From: Alphaproteobacteria bacterium
GTDB taxonomy: Bacteria > Pseudomonadota > Alphaproteobacteria > MPNO01
Direction: 5' to 3'
Length of the DNA stretch: 64,000 nucleotides
Assembly: GCA_964291675.2 (NCBI GenBank)
Contig: OZ219866.1
Coordinates: forward strand, 1,664,001 to 1,728,000
Shown here: in pieces, positions 1 through 11,964 of the stretch
Numbering within the stretch: position 1 is the stretch's first letter
Layout of the letters: every line of letters begins with the position of its first letter
The notes under the pieces: generated by a model
What the model was told of the DNA's origin: nothing
Databases searched by the model: none
The model's input: the letters and a program-made list of their open reading frames with translations, nothing else
Position numbers and translations under genes: made by a program

Positions 1-31
1 TCCGCCGCCGCCGCGGCGCCGACGGAACGCC

Positions 32-907
32 ATGACCGGATCCAGCAAACCCCGCAACAGCATCGCCTTCCAGGGTCTCCCGGGCGCCTATTCGGAGCTC
101 GCCTGCCGCTCGATATTCCCGAAGATGGCGACGCTCCCCTCGGCCGCTTTCGAGGACGCTTTCGCAGCCGTGCGCGACGGGCAGGCGCGCTATGCGATGA
201 TCCCGATAGAGAACTCGGTCGCGGGCCGCGTCGCCGACATCCACCGCCTGATGCCCGAGTCCGAGCTGTTCATCGTCGGCGAGCACTTCGTGCGGGTGAA
301 CCATCACCTGCTGGCGCCGGAAGGCGCGACGCTGAAGACGATCCAGAGCGTGCACAGCCATGTCCACGCGCTCGGCCAGTGCCGCAAGCTGATCCGCAGG
401 CTGAATCTCCGACCCGTGGTCCATGCCGACACCGCGGGCGCCGCCGCCGAGATCGCCGAACGCGGCGACCCCAGCCAGGCGGCGATCGGCTCGGCGCTCG
501 CCGGCAGGGTCTACGGGCTCGCCTCGCTGGCCGCCAATATCGAGGATGCCGAGCACAACACGACGCGATTTCTGGTGCTCTCCCGGACGCCCCGACGGCG
601 CGGCAGGGGCGACGGCACGCTGGTGACCACCTTCGTCTTCCAGGTGCGCAACGTGCCGGCGGCGCTCTACAAGGCGCTCGGCGGTTTCGCGACCAACGGG
701 GTCAACATGACCAAGCTGGAGAGCTACATGATGGGCGGCGATTTCGCCGCGACCCAGTTCTACGCCGACATCGAGGGCGACCCGCGCGACCGCAACGTGA
801 CCCTGGCGATGGAGGAGCTCGCCTTCTTCTCGCACCGGGTGAAGGTGCTCGGCACCTACCCCGCCGATGCGTTCCGCGCCACCAACAAGCCCCTCGACCC
901 GGGCTGA
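32..907 (+). CDS. pheA: Prephenate dehydratase
   Basis: IAFQGLPGAYS, PIENSVAGRV, NTTRF motif, C-terminal ACT domain with NMTKLES. Confidence 0.95.
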   Translation: MTGSSKPRNSIAFQGLPGAYSELACRSIFPKMATLPSAAFEDAFAAVRDGQARYAMIPIENSVAGRVADIHRLMPESELFIVGEHFVRVNHHLLAPEGATLKTIQSVHSHVHALGQCRKLIRRLNLRPVVHADTAGAAAEIAERGDPSQAAIGSALAGRVYGLASLAANIEDAEHNTTRFLVLSRTPRRRGRGDGTLVTTFVFQVRNVPAALYKALGGFATNGVNMTKLESYMMGGDFAATQFYADIEGDPRDRNVTLAMEELAFFSHRVKVLGTYPADAFRATNKPLDPG

Positions 908-916
908 GCGGAGGCT

Positions 917-1825
917 TCAGCGCCCGTACACCCAGTCGTTGATCAGGCGCCGCGCGATCGAGTCCGAGCGCGCCCGGCGCACCAGCCCGGCGCCGCCCCG
1001 CCTGAGCTCCGCCCGCGTGAACCAGCGGGCATCCTCGAGCTCGTCCGGATCGAAGGCGATCTCGCCCGACAGCGCATCGGCATAGAACCCCAGCATCAGC
1101 GAGGCCGGGAAGGGCCAGGGCTGGGAGGAGTGGTAGCGGATATTGGCGACATCGATCGCGACCTCCTCCCTCACCTCGCGGGCGACCGCCTCCTCCAGGC
1201 TCTCGCCGGGCTCGACGAAACCGGCCAGCGCGGAGTACATGCCGTCCGGCCATTCCGCCTTGCGGCCGAGCACCGCGCGGTCGCCCTCGGCGATCAGCAT
1301 GATGACCGCCGGGTCGGTGCGCGGGAAATGCGACACGCCGCAGGCGCGGTCGGTGCAGATGCGCAGATGCCCCGCCTCCCGGCTCTCGGTCGGCTGGCCG
1401 CAATTGCCGCAGAACCGGTGCCGTTCGTGCCAGTGCAGGATGCCCTTGGCGTAGGCCAGCAGCCCGCCCTGGTCGCGCGGCAGCAGCGCGCCGACGCTCC
1501 TCAGGTCGACGAAGGTGCCGCGCTCGGCGAAGGGCGGACGCGCTTGCGGGTCCTCGACATGGGACAGGTCGAAGGCGAAATGCGCCCGCCCGCCCTTGAG
1601 GCCGAGAAACACCGCATCGCGCCTCTCGTGGAGGAAGGGGCGCACTTCGCCCGGCTCGAAACAGACCGCGCGCGGGGTCTCCGCGGATCGCACGAAGGCC
1701 CGCGAGCGCCAGACCGGAAGCACGCAGGCCGCGTTGTCGAACCGGGCGTCCAGCCAGCCCTCGTCCATCCGCCGTTCGGCATGGCGCTCCAGCCCGTAAT
1801 CGGCGTAGTGGTTGGGCGCTCTCAT
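917..1825 (-). CDS. nudC: NAD(+) diphosphatase / NADH pyrophosphatase (Nudix)
   Basis: Zn ribbon RFCGNCG..C..C, FPRTDPAVI, Nudix box GFVEPGESLEEAVAREVREE, SQPWPFP. Confidence 0.95.
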   Translation of the reverse strand: MRAPNHYADYGLERHAERRMDEGWLDARFDNAACVLPVWRSRAFVRSAETPRAVCFEPGEVRPFLHERRDAVFLGLKGGRAHFAFDLSHVEDPQARPPFAERGTFVDLRSVGALLPRDQGGLLAYAKGILHWHERHRFCGNCGQPTESREAGHLRICTDRACGVSHFPRTDPAVIMLIAEGDRAVLGRKAEWPDGMYSALAGFVEPGESLEEAVAREVREEVAIDVANIRYHSSQPWPFPASLMLGFYADALSGEIAFDPDELEDARWFTRAELRRGGAGLVRRARSDSIARRLINDWVYGR

Positions 1826-1877
1826 CGAAGCAGGGCACGGTCGTTGCGCACGGCCGGCAAACTGCCACAGCGCTCCG

Positions 1878-1906
1878 TGGCACGCAATTTCGATCGCTGG
1901 TATAGT
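1878..1906 (+). promoter_or_regulatory. Putative sigma70 promoter of ffs
   Basis: TGGCAC-N17-TATAGT ending 5 nt before the SRP RNA 5' end. Confidence 0.55.
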
Positions 1907-1911
1907 GAGTT

Positions 1912-2006
1912 GGGAGGCCGGTCGCGGACGGGGCGCTCGCCAACCCGGTCAGGTCCGGAAGGAAGCAGCCGTAACGAGAAGGCTCCGGGTCGCCAGCCGG
2001 CCTCCC
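1912..2006 (+). ncRNA. ffs: Signal recognition particle RNA (4.5S, small bacterial type)
   Basis: Conserved helix-8 core GGTCAGGTCCGGAAGGAAGCAGCC; terminal pairing GGGAGGCCGG/CCGGCCTCCC; usual position upstream of dnaX. Confidence 0.95.
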
Positions 2007-2067
2007 GCTGTTTCGACCGGTCCCATCGTTTGACATCGTCGGCAGGGCAGCACGGTTTGCGCGAGGC

Positions 2068-3759
2068 ATGAACGGCTCATCGGAAACCCGGCCCTACCGG
2101 GTGCTCGCGCGCACCTACCGGCCGAGCCGATTCTCCGACCTCGTCGGCCAGGACGCGATGGTGCGGACTCTCGCCAACGCGATCTCCTCGGGCCGGCTGG
2201 CGCATGCCTTCATCCTGACCGGCATCCGCGGCGTCGGAAAGACCACCACCGCCCGGATCATCGCGCGCGCGCTGAACTGCGTCGGGGCCGAAGGCGGCGG
2301 CGAACCGACGCCCGATCCCTGCGGAGCCTGCGAGCACTGCACGGCGATCGGCGAGGATCGCCATGTCGACGTGATCGAGATGGACGCGGCCAGCCGCACC
2401 GGGGTCGACGACATCCGGGAGCTGATCGAGGGGGTGCGCTACCGCCCGGTCTCGGCGCGTTTCAAGATCTACATCATCGACGAAGTGCACATGCTCTCGC
2501 GCAACGCCTTCAACGCGCTCCTGAAGACGCTGGAGGAGCCGCCCGAGCATGTGAAGTTCATTTTCGCGACGACCGAAATCCGCAGGGTCCCGGTGACCGT
2601 GCTGTCGCGCTGCCAGCGTTTCGACCTGCGCCGGGTGGACGGCGATACCCTGTTCGAACACCTCGGGGCGATCGCCGCGCGCGAGGGGGTGGAAGCCGCG
2701 GAGGATGCGCTGCGCCAGATCGTCCGCGCCGCCGAGGGCTCGGTGCGCGATGCGCTTTCGCTGCTCGACCAGGCGATCGCCCATGCCGCGGGCGGACAAA
2801 TCGACGGCGACCGGGTGCGCACCATGCTCGGTCTCGCCGACCGCATGCAGACGGCGGACCTCCTGGAGGCGCTGGCCCGCGGGCAGATCGCGCCCGCCCT
2901 CGCCATTTTCGACTCGCTCTACGAAGCGGGCGCCGATCCGATCGCGGTACTTCAGGACCTGCTGGAGTTCACCCACTGGCTCACCCGGCTCAACGCGGCG
3001 CCCGGGGACGCGCAGGCCGGTGGCGCGGTGTCCGATCTGGAGCTCGAGCGCGGCCGCGAGCTGGCCGCCGGGTTGTCGATACCCGTGCTGACGCGATGCT
3101 GGCAGATCCTGCTCAAGGGGGTTTCGGAAACCCAGCTTGCGGCGGACCCGCGACAGGCGGCGGAGATGGTGTTGATCCGGCTTGCCTACGCCGCCGACCT
3201 GCCGACCCCGGCGGAGATCGTCCGCGCGGTGGGCGGGGAACGGGCCGAGGCGCAACCCCCTGCGACGCCCGCGCAAGCGACCGCGCCGGAAGCGGCGCAG
3301 CCGGTCCCGGAAGACTTCGAGGCGCTGGTGGACCTGTTCAAGAGCAGGAAGGAGTTGGTGCTGCACGCCCATCTCGCCAACGACGTGGGTCTGGTCGAGT
3401 ACGCGCCCGGACGGCTGCGCTACCGGCGCGGACCGCACGCCCCGGAAGGGCTGGAGAACCGGGTTCGCCGCGCTCTCGACGACTGGACCGGGCGGCGTTG
3501 GTCGGTCGAGGCGGTCGATGGCCGGGGCGCGGCCCCGAGTCTTCGCGAACAGCACCAGGAGCGCGAGGCGGCGGAGCGCCAGCAGGCGCTCGATCATCCC
3601 GCGGTGCAGGCCGCGCTCGAAATCTTCCCGGGGGCCACGGTCGAGGGCGTTCGCAGCGTCGAGGCCGCCCCGATCCTCGGCGAAACCCCGCAGGAGCCGC
3701 CGACCGACGCCGATGACGATCCCGATGGCGAAGGCACACAGGGAGAACCGCCGCGATGA
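2068..3759 (+). CDS. dnaX: DNA polymerase III subunit gamma/tau
   Basis: [10 protein letters not shown], Walker [25 protein letters not shown]. Confidence 0.97.
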   Translation: MNGSSETRPYRVLARTYRPSRFSDLVGQDAMVRTLANAISSGRLAHAFILTGIRGVGKTTTARIIARALNCVGAEGGGEPTPDPCGACEHCTAIGEDRHVDVIEMDAASRTGVDDIRELIEGVRYRPVSARFKIYIIDEVHMLSRNAFNALLKTLEEPPEHVKFIFATTEIRRVPVTVLSRCQRFDLRRVDGDTLFEHLGAIAAREGVEAAEDALRQIVRAAEGSVRDALSLLDQAIAHAAGGQIDGDRVRTMLGLADRMQTADLLEALARGQIAPALAIFDSLYEAGADPIAVLQDLLEFTHWLTRLNAAPGDAQAGGAVSDLELERGRELAAGLSIPVLTRCWQILLKGVSETQLAADPRQAAEMVLIRLAYAADLPTPAEIVRAVGGERAEAQPPATPAQATAPEAAQPVPEDFEALVDLFKSRKELVLHAHLANDVGLVEYAPGRLRYRRGPHAPEGLENRVRRALDDWTGRRWSVEAVDGRGAAPSLREQHQEREAAERQQALDHPAVQAALEIFPGATVEGVRSVEAAPILGETPQEPPTDADDDPDGEGTQGEPPR

Positions 3760-4079
3760 AGAATTTCGGCCAATTGATGAAACAGGCCCAGGAAATGCAG
3801 TCCAAGATCCAGGACATGCAGTCCCGGCTGGCCGAGATCGAGGTCACCGGGCAGTCCGGCGCCGGTCTCGTCACGGTGATCATGAACGCGCGCAACGAGG
3901 TCAGGCGCGTCGGCATCGACCCGTCCTTGTTCAACGCCGAGGATGTCTCCGTGGTGGAGGATCTGATCGTCGCCGCATTCACCGATGCCAAGGGCAAGGC
4001 GGAGAGCAGGGCGGCGGAGGAAATGCAGAAGATCGCGGGCGGTCTCAACCTGCCGCCCGGTCTCAACCTGCCGTTCTGA
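3756..4079 (+). CDS. ybaB: YbaB/EbfC nucleoid-associated protein
   Basis: [23 protein letters not shown]; between dnaX and recR. Confidence 0.95.
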   Translation: MKNFGQLMKQAQEMQSKIQDMQSRLAEIEVTGQSGAGLVTVIMNARNEVRRVGIDPSLFNAEDVSVVEDLIVAAFTDAKGKAESRAAEEMQKIAGGLNLPPGLNLPF

Positions 4080-4101
4080 GGCTCGGCGGCGGCCCCGCGC
4101 G

Positions 4102-4701
4102 ATGGCCCTCTCCGAGATCGACCGATTGGTCCAGCTGCTGGCGAAGTTGCCGGGGCTGGGCCCGCGCTCGGCGCGGCGCGCGGCGCTGCACCTGATCGAG
4201 CGGCGGACCGGGCTGCTCGAACCCCTCGCCCAGGCGCTGGCCGCGGCCGCGGAATCGATCCGGCAATGCGGCGTCTGCGGCAATGTCGACACCGCCGATC
4301 CCTGCGCGATCTGCGCCCACGAGGCGCGCGACGGCTCGGCGATCTGCGTCGTCGAGGACGTGGCCGATCTCTGGGCGCTGGAACGGACGGCCGCCTTCAA
4401 CGGGCGTTACCACGTGCTCGGCGGCACGCTGTCGGCGCTCGACGGGCGCGGACCGGACGAGCTCAACATCGATGCGCTGGTGCGGCGGGCCGGCGCGGCG
4501 ACTGTGCGGGAGGTGATCCTTGCCACCTCGGCGACGGTCGAGGGCCAGACGACGGCGCACTACCTGACCGACCGGCTGGCGGAGTGCGGCGTGACCGTCT
4601 CGCGGCTCGCGCACGGCGTCCCGGTCGGGGGCGAGCTCGACTATCTCGACGACGGCACCCTGTCGGCGGCCCTCAGGGCGCGGCGCCCCGTCGAGTCGTG
4701 A
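4102..4701 (+). CDS. recR: Recombination mediator RecR
   Basis: [14 protein letters not shown], CxxC zinc finger, YHVLGG, Toprim domain, GELDYLD; start moved to ATG 4102. Confidence 0.96.
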   Translation: MALSEIDRLVQLLAKLPGLGPRSARRAALHLIERRTGLLEPLAQALAAAAESIRQCGVCGNVDTADPCAICAHEARDGSAICVVEDVADLWALERTAAFNGRYHVLGGTLSALDGRGPDELNIDALVRRAGAATVREVILATSATVEGQTTAHYLTDRLAECGVTVSRLAHGVPVGGELDYLDDGTLSAALRARRPVES

Positions 4702-4779
4702 TGCGCCGCGGTTGACGGCGGGGCGGGCGCGGCATACGTAATCCGCAGCGTGCAAGCGACGGCGAGACCCGCTAATCCG

Positions 4780-5304
4780 ATGGCGAAGCTGCCCATCATC
4801 ACCGCACCCGATCCACGCCTCAGGCGCAAATGCGCGCCGGTCGAGGCGGTGGACGGGACCGTGCGCGGGCTGATGGACGACATGCTGGAGACCATGTATG
4901 CGGCGCCTGGAATCGGCCTCGCCGCGCCGCAGGTGGGAATCGCCAGGCGCGTCGTCGTCGTCGACATCTCGCGCGAGGACGAGGAGCGCACGCCCTACCG
5001 CATGGCCAACCCCGAAATCGTCGAGGCGTCCGATACTCTCGCCGAGTACGAGGAGGGCTGCCTGTCGCTGCCGCAGCACTACGAGGAGGTGGCGCGCCCC
5101 GACCGCGCCCGGATCCGCTATCTCGACGAGACCGGCGCGCGGCGGGAGATCGAGGTCGAGGGCATGCTCGCGACCTGCATGCAGCACGAGATCGACCACC
5201 TCGACGGCATCCTCTTCGTCGACCACATCTCGAAGCTCAAGCGCGACATGATTCTGCGCAAGCTCGCAAAGGCCAAGCGCGCGGAGGCTACGGCCGGCGC
5301 CTGA
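4780..5304 (+). CDS. def: Peptide deformylase
   Basis: GIGLAAPQ, EGCLS, QHEIDHLDG motifs. Confidence 0.97.
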   Translation: MAKLPIITAPDPRLRRKCAPVEAVDGTVRGLMDDMLETMYAAPGIGLAAPQVGIARRVVVVDISREDEERTPYRMANPEIVEASDTLAEYEEGCLSLPQHYEEVARPDRARIRYLDETGARREIEVEGMLATCMQHEIDHLDGILFVDHISKLKRDMILRKLAKAKRAEATAGA

Positions 5305-5306
5305 GC

Positions 5307-6218
5307 ATGACGGCGCTGCGCATCGTCTTCATGGGCACCCCGGCCTTCGCCGTGCCGGCCCTCGGGGCGCTGATCGCCGCCGGGCACGATGTCGCCAGCG
5401 TGTATACCCAGCCGCCGCGCCGCGCCGGGCGCGGCCAGCGCAAGCGCCTCTCGGCGGTGCACGAGGTGGCGAAACGGCACGGTCTGGCGGTGCGGCATCC
5501 GGCGCGGCTGGACGATGCCGGAGAGTTCGCAGCCCTTGCCGCCGATATCGCCGTGGTGGCGGCCTACGGGCTGATCCTGCCGGCCGCCCTTCTGGAGACG
5601 CCGCGTCTCGGGTGCGTCAACATCCACGCCTCGCTGCTGCCGCGCTGGCGGGGCGCGGCGCCGATCCAGCGTGCGCTGCTCGCCGGCGACGACGAGACCG
5701 GGATCACCGTCATGCAGATGGACGAGGGCCTCGATACCGGCGCGATCCTTGCCCAGAGGCGGCTTCCGATCGGCGCCCGGGACGACGCCGGGACGGTGCA
5801 TGACGCGCTCGCCGCGATGGGCGCGGAGCTGCTGCTGGAGACGCTCCCCGAGATCGCCGGCGGCTGCTGCCGGGCGCGGCCGCAGCCGGACGAGGGGGTC
5901 ACATACGCCGCCAGGATCGAACGCGGCGAGACGGCCATCGACTGGCGCGAACCCGCCGCCGCGGTGCATCGCCGGATTCGCGCCTTCGGCCCGGCCCCGG
6001 GGGCGTGGTTCGAGGCGCGCGGCACCCGCATCCGGGTGCTTGCCGCCCGTCCGATGCCCGAAATCGCGGCTCCGCCGGGGACGGTGGTCGACGGCGAAGG
6101 GACGGTCGCCTGCGGCGAGGGCGGGCTTCGCCTCGAACGGCTCCAGCGCGCCGGCAAGGGCGCGGTGGATGCCCGGGCGTTCCTCCGCGGCTTCCCTCTG
6201 CCGGAAGTGCTGGCGTGA
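5307..6218 (+). CDS. fmt: Methionyl-tRNA formyltransferase
   Basis: [33 protein letters not shown]; follows def. Confidence 0.96.
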   Translation: MTALRIVFMGTPAFAVPALGALIAAGHDVASVYTQPPRRAGRGQRKRLSAVHEVAKRHGLAVRHPARLDDAGEFAALAADIAVVAAYGLILPAALLETPRLGCVNIHASLLPRWRGAAPIQRALLAGDDETGITVMQMDEGLDTGAILAQRRLPIGARDDAGTVHDALAAMGAELLLETLPEIAGGCCRARPQPDEGVTYAARIERGETAIDWREPAAAVHRRIRAFGPAPGAWFEARGTRIRVLAARPMPEIAAPPGTVVDGEGTVACGEGGLRLERLQRAGKGAVDARAFLRGFPLPEVLA

Positions 6219-6952
6219 CCCGCTGGCGCATCACCGTCGAGTATGACGGCACGGGCTTCGTCGGCTGGCAGCGCCAGGACAACGGGAGGTCGATCCAGGA
6301 GGCGCTGGAGACCGCCATTCTCCGCTTCTCCGGCGAGACGGCGCGGGTCTTCGGCGCCGGGAGGACCGATGCCGGGGTCCACGCGCTCGGCCAGGTCGCC
6401 CATTTCGACCTCGCGAGGACGACAACCGCCCATACCGTCGCCGATGCGCTCAACGCCCATCTGAGGCCGCAGCCGGTCGCCGTGCTCGACGCGGCGGAAG
6501 TCGATCCCGGCTTCGACGCCCGGCTGTCCGCGCGCGAGCGGGCCTATCGCTACCGTATCCTCAACCGCCGCGCGCCGCTCACCGTCGAGCGCGACCGCGC
6601 CTGGCTGGTGCAGACCCCGCTGGATGCGGCGGCGATGCGGGAGGCGGCGTCCCGGCTGGTCGGCAGGCACGATTTCTCGACCTTCCGGGCGAGCCTCTGC
6701 CAGGCGCGCTCGCCGGTGAAGACCCTCGACGTGCTGGACGTCGCGCGCGACGGCCACGAGATCCGCATCGAGGCCCGCGCGCGATCCTTCCTGCACCGCC
6801 AGGTGCGCAATATCGCCGGCACGCTTCGTCTGGTGGGCGAGGGCAGGTGGAGCGCGGACGACGTGACAGCCGCGCTCGAGGCGCGCGCCCGCAGTCGGGG
6901 CGGCCCCACCGCGCCGGCGAGCGGGCTCTATCTGACCGAGGTGCTCTACTGA
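6215..6952 (+). CDS. truA: tRNA pseudouridine(38-40) synthase
   Basis: [30 protein letters not shown]; GTG start overlaps fmt stop. Confidence 0.96.
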   Translation: MTRWRITVEYDGTGFVGWQRQDNGRSIQEALETAILRFSGETARVFGAGRTDAGVHALGQVAHFDLARTTTAHTVADALNAHLRPQPVAVLDAAEVDPGFDARLSARERAYRYRILNRRAPLTVERDRAWLVQTPLDAAAMREAASRLVGRHDFSTFRASLCQARSPVKTLDVLDVARDGHEIRIEARARSFLHRQVRNIAGTLRLVGEGRWSADDVTAALEARARSRGGPTAPASGLYLTEVLY

Positions 6953-6959
6953 GCCCCGG

Positions 6960-7523
6960 CTATAGGAAGCGGTTGGACACCAGGTTGATCAGGACGCTGA
7001 TGATCAGGTCCAGCCCGACGATCGCCGCCGCGCCGCCGCCCGAGATCTCCAGCGCCGTGCGCGCGATGAACCACTGGTAGAACAGGATCGCGACGGTCGC
7101 GGCGAGACCCAGAAAGACGGAATAGGCGCCGCCCAGAAGCCCCTTGGACAGGATCGTCACGGCGAGGAACAGCGCCACCTGGATCACGTTCGACCAGTTG
7201 TGGGCGACGATGTATCGCAGATAGCGGTCGAAGCGCCCGATGCGGTCGCAGACATAGATCATGACCAGGGGGAAGGCGACCCAGCCGATGATATAGGCGA
7301 GGGTTTCCACCGCGATGACGGCGAGCCATCCCGCCCGAGCGTCGACCTCGGCGAGCCTGAGAATCAGCAGGAACGCGTAGGCGGGCGCGACGATCGCCGC
7401 GGCGTTGAAAGATTTCCAATAGGCCTCGATGGTCGAGTCGAAACAGTCGAGCCCCTTGCGGTCGAGCAGCGCGAGCCGCCAGGCGCCGTAGACAGCACGC
7501 ATGAATTCGCCGCCGGTGACCAT
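6960..7523 (-). CDS. Hypothetical integral membrane protein
   Basis: 187 aa, several hydrophobic helices, co-oriented directly downstream of dapE. Confidence 0.75.
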   Translation of the reverse strand: MVTGGEFMRAVYGAWRLALLDRKGLDCFDSTIEAYWKSFNAAAIVAPAYAFLLILRLAEVDARAGWLAVIAVETLAYIIGWVAFPLVMIYVCDRIGRFDRYLRYIVAHNWSNVIQVALFLAVTILSKGLLGGAYSVFLGLAATVAILFYQWFIARTALEISGGGAAAIVGLDLIISVLINLVSNRFL

Positions 7524-7529
7524 CCCGCC

Positions 7530-8684
7530 TCAGCCCGGGAAGTAGTTGTCGATGACGCGCTCGTATATGTCGCCGAGGGCGGCGAGGTCGGCCAGCGCGA
7601 TCCGCTCGTCGACCTTGTGCATGGTCTGCCCGATGGCGCCGAATTCGGCGACCGCGCAGTAATCCTTGATGAAACGGGCATCCGACGTGCCGCCGGTCGT
7701 GCTCAGCACGGCCTCGCTCCCGACCACCGATCCGATCGAATGCTGGATCAGCTCGCTCAGCCTGCCCGGCGGGGTGAGAAACGATTCGCCGGTCAGATGC
7801 GTCTCCAGCTCGTACTCGCCGCCGACCGCATCGAGGCGTTCGCGGACCCAGGCGAGCATGCTCTCTCCGCTATGCAGGTCGTTGAAGCGGATGTTGAAGG
7901 CCGCGCGCGCGACGCCCGGGATGACGTTGGTCGCGGCGTTGCCGACATCGACGGTGGTGAGCTGGAGGTTGCTCGGCTGGAAATGTTCGGTGCCGTCGTC
8001 GATCGGCGTCTCGGCGAGGGCGGTCAGCATGCGCGCCAGCCTCGGCAGCGGGTTGTCGGCAAGCTGCGGGTAGGCGGTATGGCCCTGCACGCCGCGCACC
8101 GTGATCCAGCCCGACAGCGCGCCGCGGCGGCCGATCTTGATCATCTCGCCGAGCCGCATCGGGTTGGTCGGCTCGCCGACCAGGCAGTCGTCGATCCGCT
8201 CGCCGCGCTCGGCGACCCAGTCCAGCAGCTTGGCGGTGCCGTTGATCGCCGGGCCCTCCTCGTCGCCGGTGATCAGCAGGCTGATCGACCCGTCGAACGC
8301 TCCGCCGCGCCGGTCGAGAAAGCGCGACACCGCGCCGACGAAGGCGGCGATCGCCCCCTTCATGTCGGCGGCGCCGCGGCCGTACAGGACGCCGTCACGG
8401 ATCTCGCCCGCGAACGGGTCGACCGTCCATGACCCGCGATCCCCGACCGGGACCACATCGGTGTGTCCGGCGAAGCAGAAATTGGGAGAACCCGTGCCGA
8501 GCCGGGCATAGAGGTTCTGCACGTCCGGCGTTCCCGGCGCGCTGAACGTCACATGGTGGCAGGCGAAGCCGAGCCGTTCCAGCGCGCCCGCGAGCGTCGC
8601 CTGCGATCCGCCGTCTTCCGGCGTAACGCTGGGGCAGCGGATCAGGGCCCGCGCCAGTTCGACGGCATCGACGACAGCGTTCAA
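7530..8684 (-). CDS. dapE: Succinyl-diaminopimelate desuccinylase
   Basis: [33 protein letters not shown]. Confidence 0.96.
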   Translation of the reverse strand: MNAVVDAVELARALIRCPSVTPEDGGSQATLAGALERLGFACHHVTFSAPGTPDVQNLYARLGTGSPNFCFAGHTDVVPVGDRGSWTVDPFAGEIRDGVLYGRGAADMKGAIAAFVGAVSRFLDRRGGAFDGSISLLITGDEEGPAINGTAKLLDWVAERGERIDDCLVGEPTNPMRLGEMIKIGRRGALSGWITVRGVQGHTAYPQLADNPLPRLARMLTALAETPIDDGTEHFQPSNLQLTTVDVGNAATNVIPGVARAAFNIRFNDLHSGESMLAWVRERLDAVGGEYELETHLTGESFLTPPGRLSELIQHSIGSVVGSEAVLSTTGGTSDARFIKDYCAVAEFGAIGQTMHKVDERIALADLAALGDIYERVIDNYFPG

Positions 8685-9538
8685 TCGCGCAACAGGTCGT
8701 TGATCGAGGTTTTGGCCCGGGTGCCTTCATCGACTCGCTTGACGATGACCGCGCAGTAGAGGCTGGGGCCGGGCGAGCCGTCGGCCAGCTCGCGCCCGGG
8801 GAGCGAGCCCGGCACCACGACCGAGTATTCCGGCACCCGCCCGTAATGCACCTCGCCGGTGGCCCGGTCCACGATCCTGGTCGACGCGCCGATGAACACG
8901 CCCATCGACAGCACCGAGCCGCGCTCCACCAGCACGCCCTCGGCCACCTCGGACCGCGCGCCGATGAAGCAATCGTCCTCGACGATGACGGGGTCGGCCT
9001 GGAGCGGCTCCAGCACGCCGCCGATCCCCGCCCCGCCGGATATATGGCAGTTGCGCCCGATCTGGGCGCAGGAGCCGACCGTCGCCCAGGTGTCGATCAT
9101 GGTGCCGCGGTCGACATAGGCGCCCAGGTTGACGAAGCTCGGCATCAGGACGACGCCGGGCGCGATATAGGCCGAGCGCCTGACCACGCAGTTGGGCACC
9201 GCGCGAAATCCGGCCTGGCGGAAACGCGCCTCGTCCCAGCCGGCGAATTTCGGCGAGACCTTGTCGAACCAGGGCGTCGCGCCGCGATGCGGATCGTCCG
9301 GCCCGCCCGGCATCGGGGCGGTGTCGTAGAGCCTGAACGACAGGAGGACGGCCTTCTTGAGCCACTGATTGACGCGCCACTCTCCGTCGATCCTCTCGGC
9401 GACCCTGAGCGAGCCGGAATCGAGCCCGTCGAGCGCGGCCTCGATGGCCGCGCGCAAATCCCCGCCGGTCGCGGGGGAGATCGTCTCGCGGTCTTCCCAC
9501 GCGACGTCGATGGTCGATCGAAGCGAGTCTTCGTTCAT
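8681..9538 (-). CDS. dapD: Tetrahydrodipicolinate N-succinyltransferase
   Basis: [13 protein letters not shown], hexapeptide repeats, [19 protein letters not shown]. Confidence 0.97.
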   Translation of the reverse strand: MNEDSLRSTIDVAWEDRETISPATGGDLRAAIEAALDGLDSGSLRVAERIDGEWRVNQWLKKAVLLSFRLYDTAPMPGGPDDPHRGATPWFDKVSPKFAGWDEARFRQAGFRAVPNCVVRRSAYIAPGVVLMPSFVNLGAYVDRGTMIDTWATVGSCAQIGRNCHISGGAGIGGVLEPLQADPVIVEDDCFIGARSEVAEGVLVERGSVLSMGVFIGASTRIVDRATGEVHYGRVPEYSVVVPGSLPGRELADGSPGPSLYCAVIVKRVDEGTRAKTSINDLLRD

Positions 9539-9591
9539 GCGTCCCGAGGCCCCTGGCGGATGCGCAGAAAATCACCGCCCGGCGCGTCCTG

Positions 9592-10308
9592 TCAACACGG
9601 CGCGGCGACGCCTTCGAGCCACCCGGCGATGTCGTGGGTCTGATGGTGGATATGCGGCCCGGCGGCGGCGTCCTCGTCCCAGGCGGCGCCGGTCCGCACC
9701 CAGATCGTGGTCATTCCCATCCTGGCCGCGGGCTCCAGGTTGTGCGGGATGTCGTCGACCATCGCCGCCCGCTGCGCGTCGATGCCGTGCAGGTCGCAGA
9801 GATGGCGGTAGCTCTCGATCTCCGGCTTGGGGCGAAAGCCCGCGGCCTCGATGTCATAGACCGCATCGAAATGCTCTCCGAGCGATAGCAGATCGAGCAC
9901 CAGCCGCGCGTGGCTGGCGAAGGCGTTGGTGTAGATCACCTTGCGCCCGTCGAGCGCCGCGATGGCGTCCTGCAGGCGGCGGTCCGGCCTGAGCCCGGAG
10001 TAATCGAGCCCGCCCCCCATATGGCTCTCGTATACCCTTGGATCCAGGCCGTGATTGACCATCAGCCCGCGCAGCGTGAGCCCGTATTTGCGGAAATAGT
10101 CCTTCTGGATGGCGTAGGCAGTCTCCGCATCCACGCCGAGAAACTCCGAAACGAAGCGGCGCATGCGCGCATCCAGCTCGGCATGCATGGGCGGCGGTAC
10201 GCGATAGAGCGTGTTGTCGAGGTCGAACACCCAGGTCTCGACGCCGCCCAGGCCCGGGATCGCGGTTTGCCGTCGGCGTTCCATGCAAGTCCGTGCGGCC
10301 GCGCGCAT
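9592..10308 (-). CDS. Pyrimidine 5'-nucleotidase (HAD family)
   Basis: WVFDLDNTLY, YTNA, KP, MVDD motifs; TAATG overlap with argB stop. Confidence 0.88.
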   Translation of the reverse strand: MRAAARTCMERRRQTAIPGLGGVETWVFDLDNTLYRVPPPMHAELDARMRRFVSEFLGVDAETAYAIQKDYFRKYGLTLRGLMVNHGLDPRVYESHMGGGLDYSGLRPDRRLQDAIAALDGRKVIYTNAFASHARLVLDLLSLGEHFDAVYDIEAAGFRPKPEIESYRHLCDLHGIDAQRAAMVDDIPHNLEPAARMGMTTIWVRTGAAWDEDAAAGPHIHHQTHDIAGWLEGVAAPC

Positions 10309-11255
10309 TACGCGCCCGCCGGCGCACCCTCCGACCGGATCAGCGTTCCGACGCCGCGCTCGGTGAACACTTCGAGCAGGATCGCGTGCGGCACCCGACC
10401 GTCGAGGATGATCGCGGCCTCTACCGCGTTCTCGACCGCGTTGAGGCAGGTCTCGATCTTCGGGATCATGCCGCCGGTGATCGTCCCCTCGGCGATGGAC
10501 GAGCGCGCCTGACCCGCGCCCATCTCGCCGATCAGCCTGCCCTCCCGGTCAAGCACGCCTTCGACGTCGGTCAGCAGGAAGAGCCGCGCCGCCCCCATGG
10601 CGGCGGCGATGGCGCCGGCCACCGTATCGCCGTTGATGTTGTACGTCGTGCCGTCGTCGCCGACGCCGATGGGCGCGATCACCGGGATGATCGAGGACCG
10701 CTCGAGGGTCTCCAGGACCCGCGCGTTGATCGCCATCGGCTCGCCGACGAAGCCGAGATCGAGCACCTTCTCGATATTCGAATCGGAACGCCGGGCGGTC
10801 TGGCGCAGCTTGCGGGCGCGCACCAGATCCCCGTCCTTGCCGGACAGCCCGACCGCGAGCCCGCCGGCCCGGTTGACCGCGGTGACGATCTGCTTGTTGA
10901 TCGAACCGCTGAGCACCATCTCGACGATCTCGACGGTGGCCCGGTCGGTCACCCGCAGCCCGTCGACGAAATCGCTCTTGATCTTGAGGCGTTGCAGCAT
11001 CTCGCCGATCTGCGGCCCGCCGCCATGGACCACGATCGGGTTGATGCCGATCCGCTTCAACAGCACGATATCGTGGGCGAACTGGTCGGCGAGCGCGGGA
11101 TCGCCCATCGCGTGCCCGCCGAACTTCACCACGAATGTCCGCCCGGCATAGACCTGCATATAGGGCAGCGCCTCGGACAGCGTGGCGGCCTTCTCCAGCC
11201 ATGTCGCGAGGTCGTCGCCGCCCGGCCCAGCCTTGGAAATCTCGGGTTTCGTCAT
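10308..11255 (-). CDS. argB: Acetylglutamate kinase
   Basis: [35 protein letters not shown]. Confidence 0.97.
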   Translation of the reverse strand: MTKPEISKAGPGGDDLATWLEKAATLSEALPYMQVYAGRTFVVKFGGHAMGDPALADQFAHDIVLLKRIGINPIVVHGGGPQIGEMLQRLKIKSDFVDGLRVTDRATVEIVEMVLSGSINKQIVTAVNRAGGLAVGLSGKDGDLVRARKLRQTARRSDSNIEKVLDLGFVGEPMAINARVLETLERSSIIPVIAPIGVGDDGTTYNINGDTVAGAIAAAMGAARLFLLTDVEGVLDREGRLIGEMGAGQARSSIAEGTITGGMIPKIETCLNAVENAVEAAIILDGRVPHAILLEVFTERGVGTLIRSEGAPAGA

Positions 11256-11266
11256 CGCGCGGCACT

Positions 11267-11950
11267 CTAGCCGAGGGGGTTGGCGCTCGCCAGCGCGGCG
11301 ATCTCGGCGCGGAGCTCGGCGATGCCGGCCTGCGTGCGCGCGCTGGTGACGATCAGGCGCGGGTGCGCCGCGACATGGCCCTGGAGGATCGAGCGCGTGC
11401 CGTCCTCGCTCGTCCGCAAGGCGTCGTCGCCGATCTTGTCCGCCTTGGTGAGCACGCCCTGGAACGACACCCCGGATTCGTCCAGCATGGCCATCAGCGC
11501 GCGGTCGCTGTCGCTGACGCCGTGCCGGGCATCGATCAGCAGGCAGAGCCGCTTAAGAGCCGCCCGGCCCTTGAGATAGGCCCGGAGCAGCCGGTTCCAC
11601 TGGCCGATCTCCGCCTTGGACGCGCGCGCGTAGCCGTAGCCCGGCAAATCGACCAGCATCAGCCGGCCGCCGAGATCGAAGAAGTTGAGCTGGCGCGTGC
11701 GCCCCGGGGTGCGCGAGGTGCGCGCCAGCGACCGGCGGCCGGTGAGCGCGTTGATCAGCGTCGACTTGCCGACATTCGACCGCCCGGCAAAGGCGGTCTC
11801 GGGCAGGGCGGAAGGGGGGAGCGCGTCGATCGAGGCGATTCCGGCAACGAAGTCGCAGCGGCCGGCGAACAGGCGCCGGCCATGTTCCATCGCCGCCCGC
11901 GCCTCGGCGTCGTTCTCCATCGCCCCGGATGCATCGCCGGTCTCGCCCAC
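11267..11950 (-). CDS. engB: Ribosome biogenesis GTPase EngB/YihA/YsxC
   Basis: [24 protein letters not shown]; start could be ATG 11920. Confidence 0.95.
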   Translation of the reverse strand: MGETGDASGAMENDAEARAAMEHGRRLFAGRCDFVAGIASIDALPPSALPETAFAGRSNVGKSTLINALTGRRSLARTSRTPGRTRQLNFFDLGGRLMLVDLPGYGYARASKAEIGQWNRLLRAYLKGRAALKRLCLLIDARHGVSDSDRALMAMLDESGVSFQGVLTKADKIGDDALRTSEDGTRSILQGHVAAHPRLIVTSARTQAGIAELRAEIAALASANPLG

Positions 11951-11964
11951 CGCGCGGCTCCGGT

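Noticed and set aside
1878-1892. Sigma54 promoter TGGCAC upstream of ffs
   Set aside because: The -12 element reads TTCG, not TTGC; spacing fits a sigma70 -35/-10 pair.
2068-3759. dnaX programmed -1 frameshift site
   Set aside because: No A-AAA-AAG or poly-A slippery run seen in the gene.
4041-4076. 18-bp tandem repeat at the ybaB 3' end
   Set aside because: Encodes [12 protein letters not shown], an ordinary C-terminus for this family.
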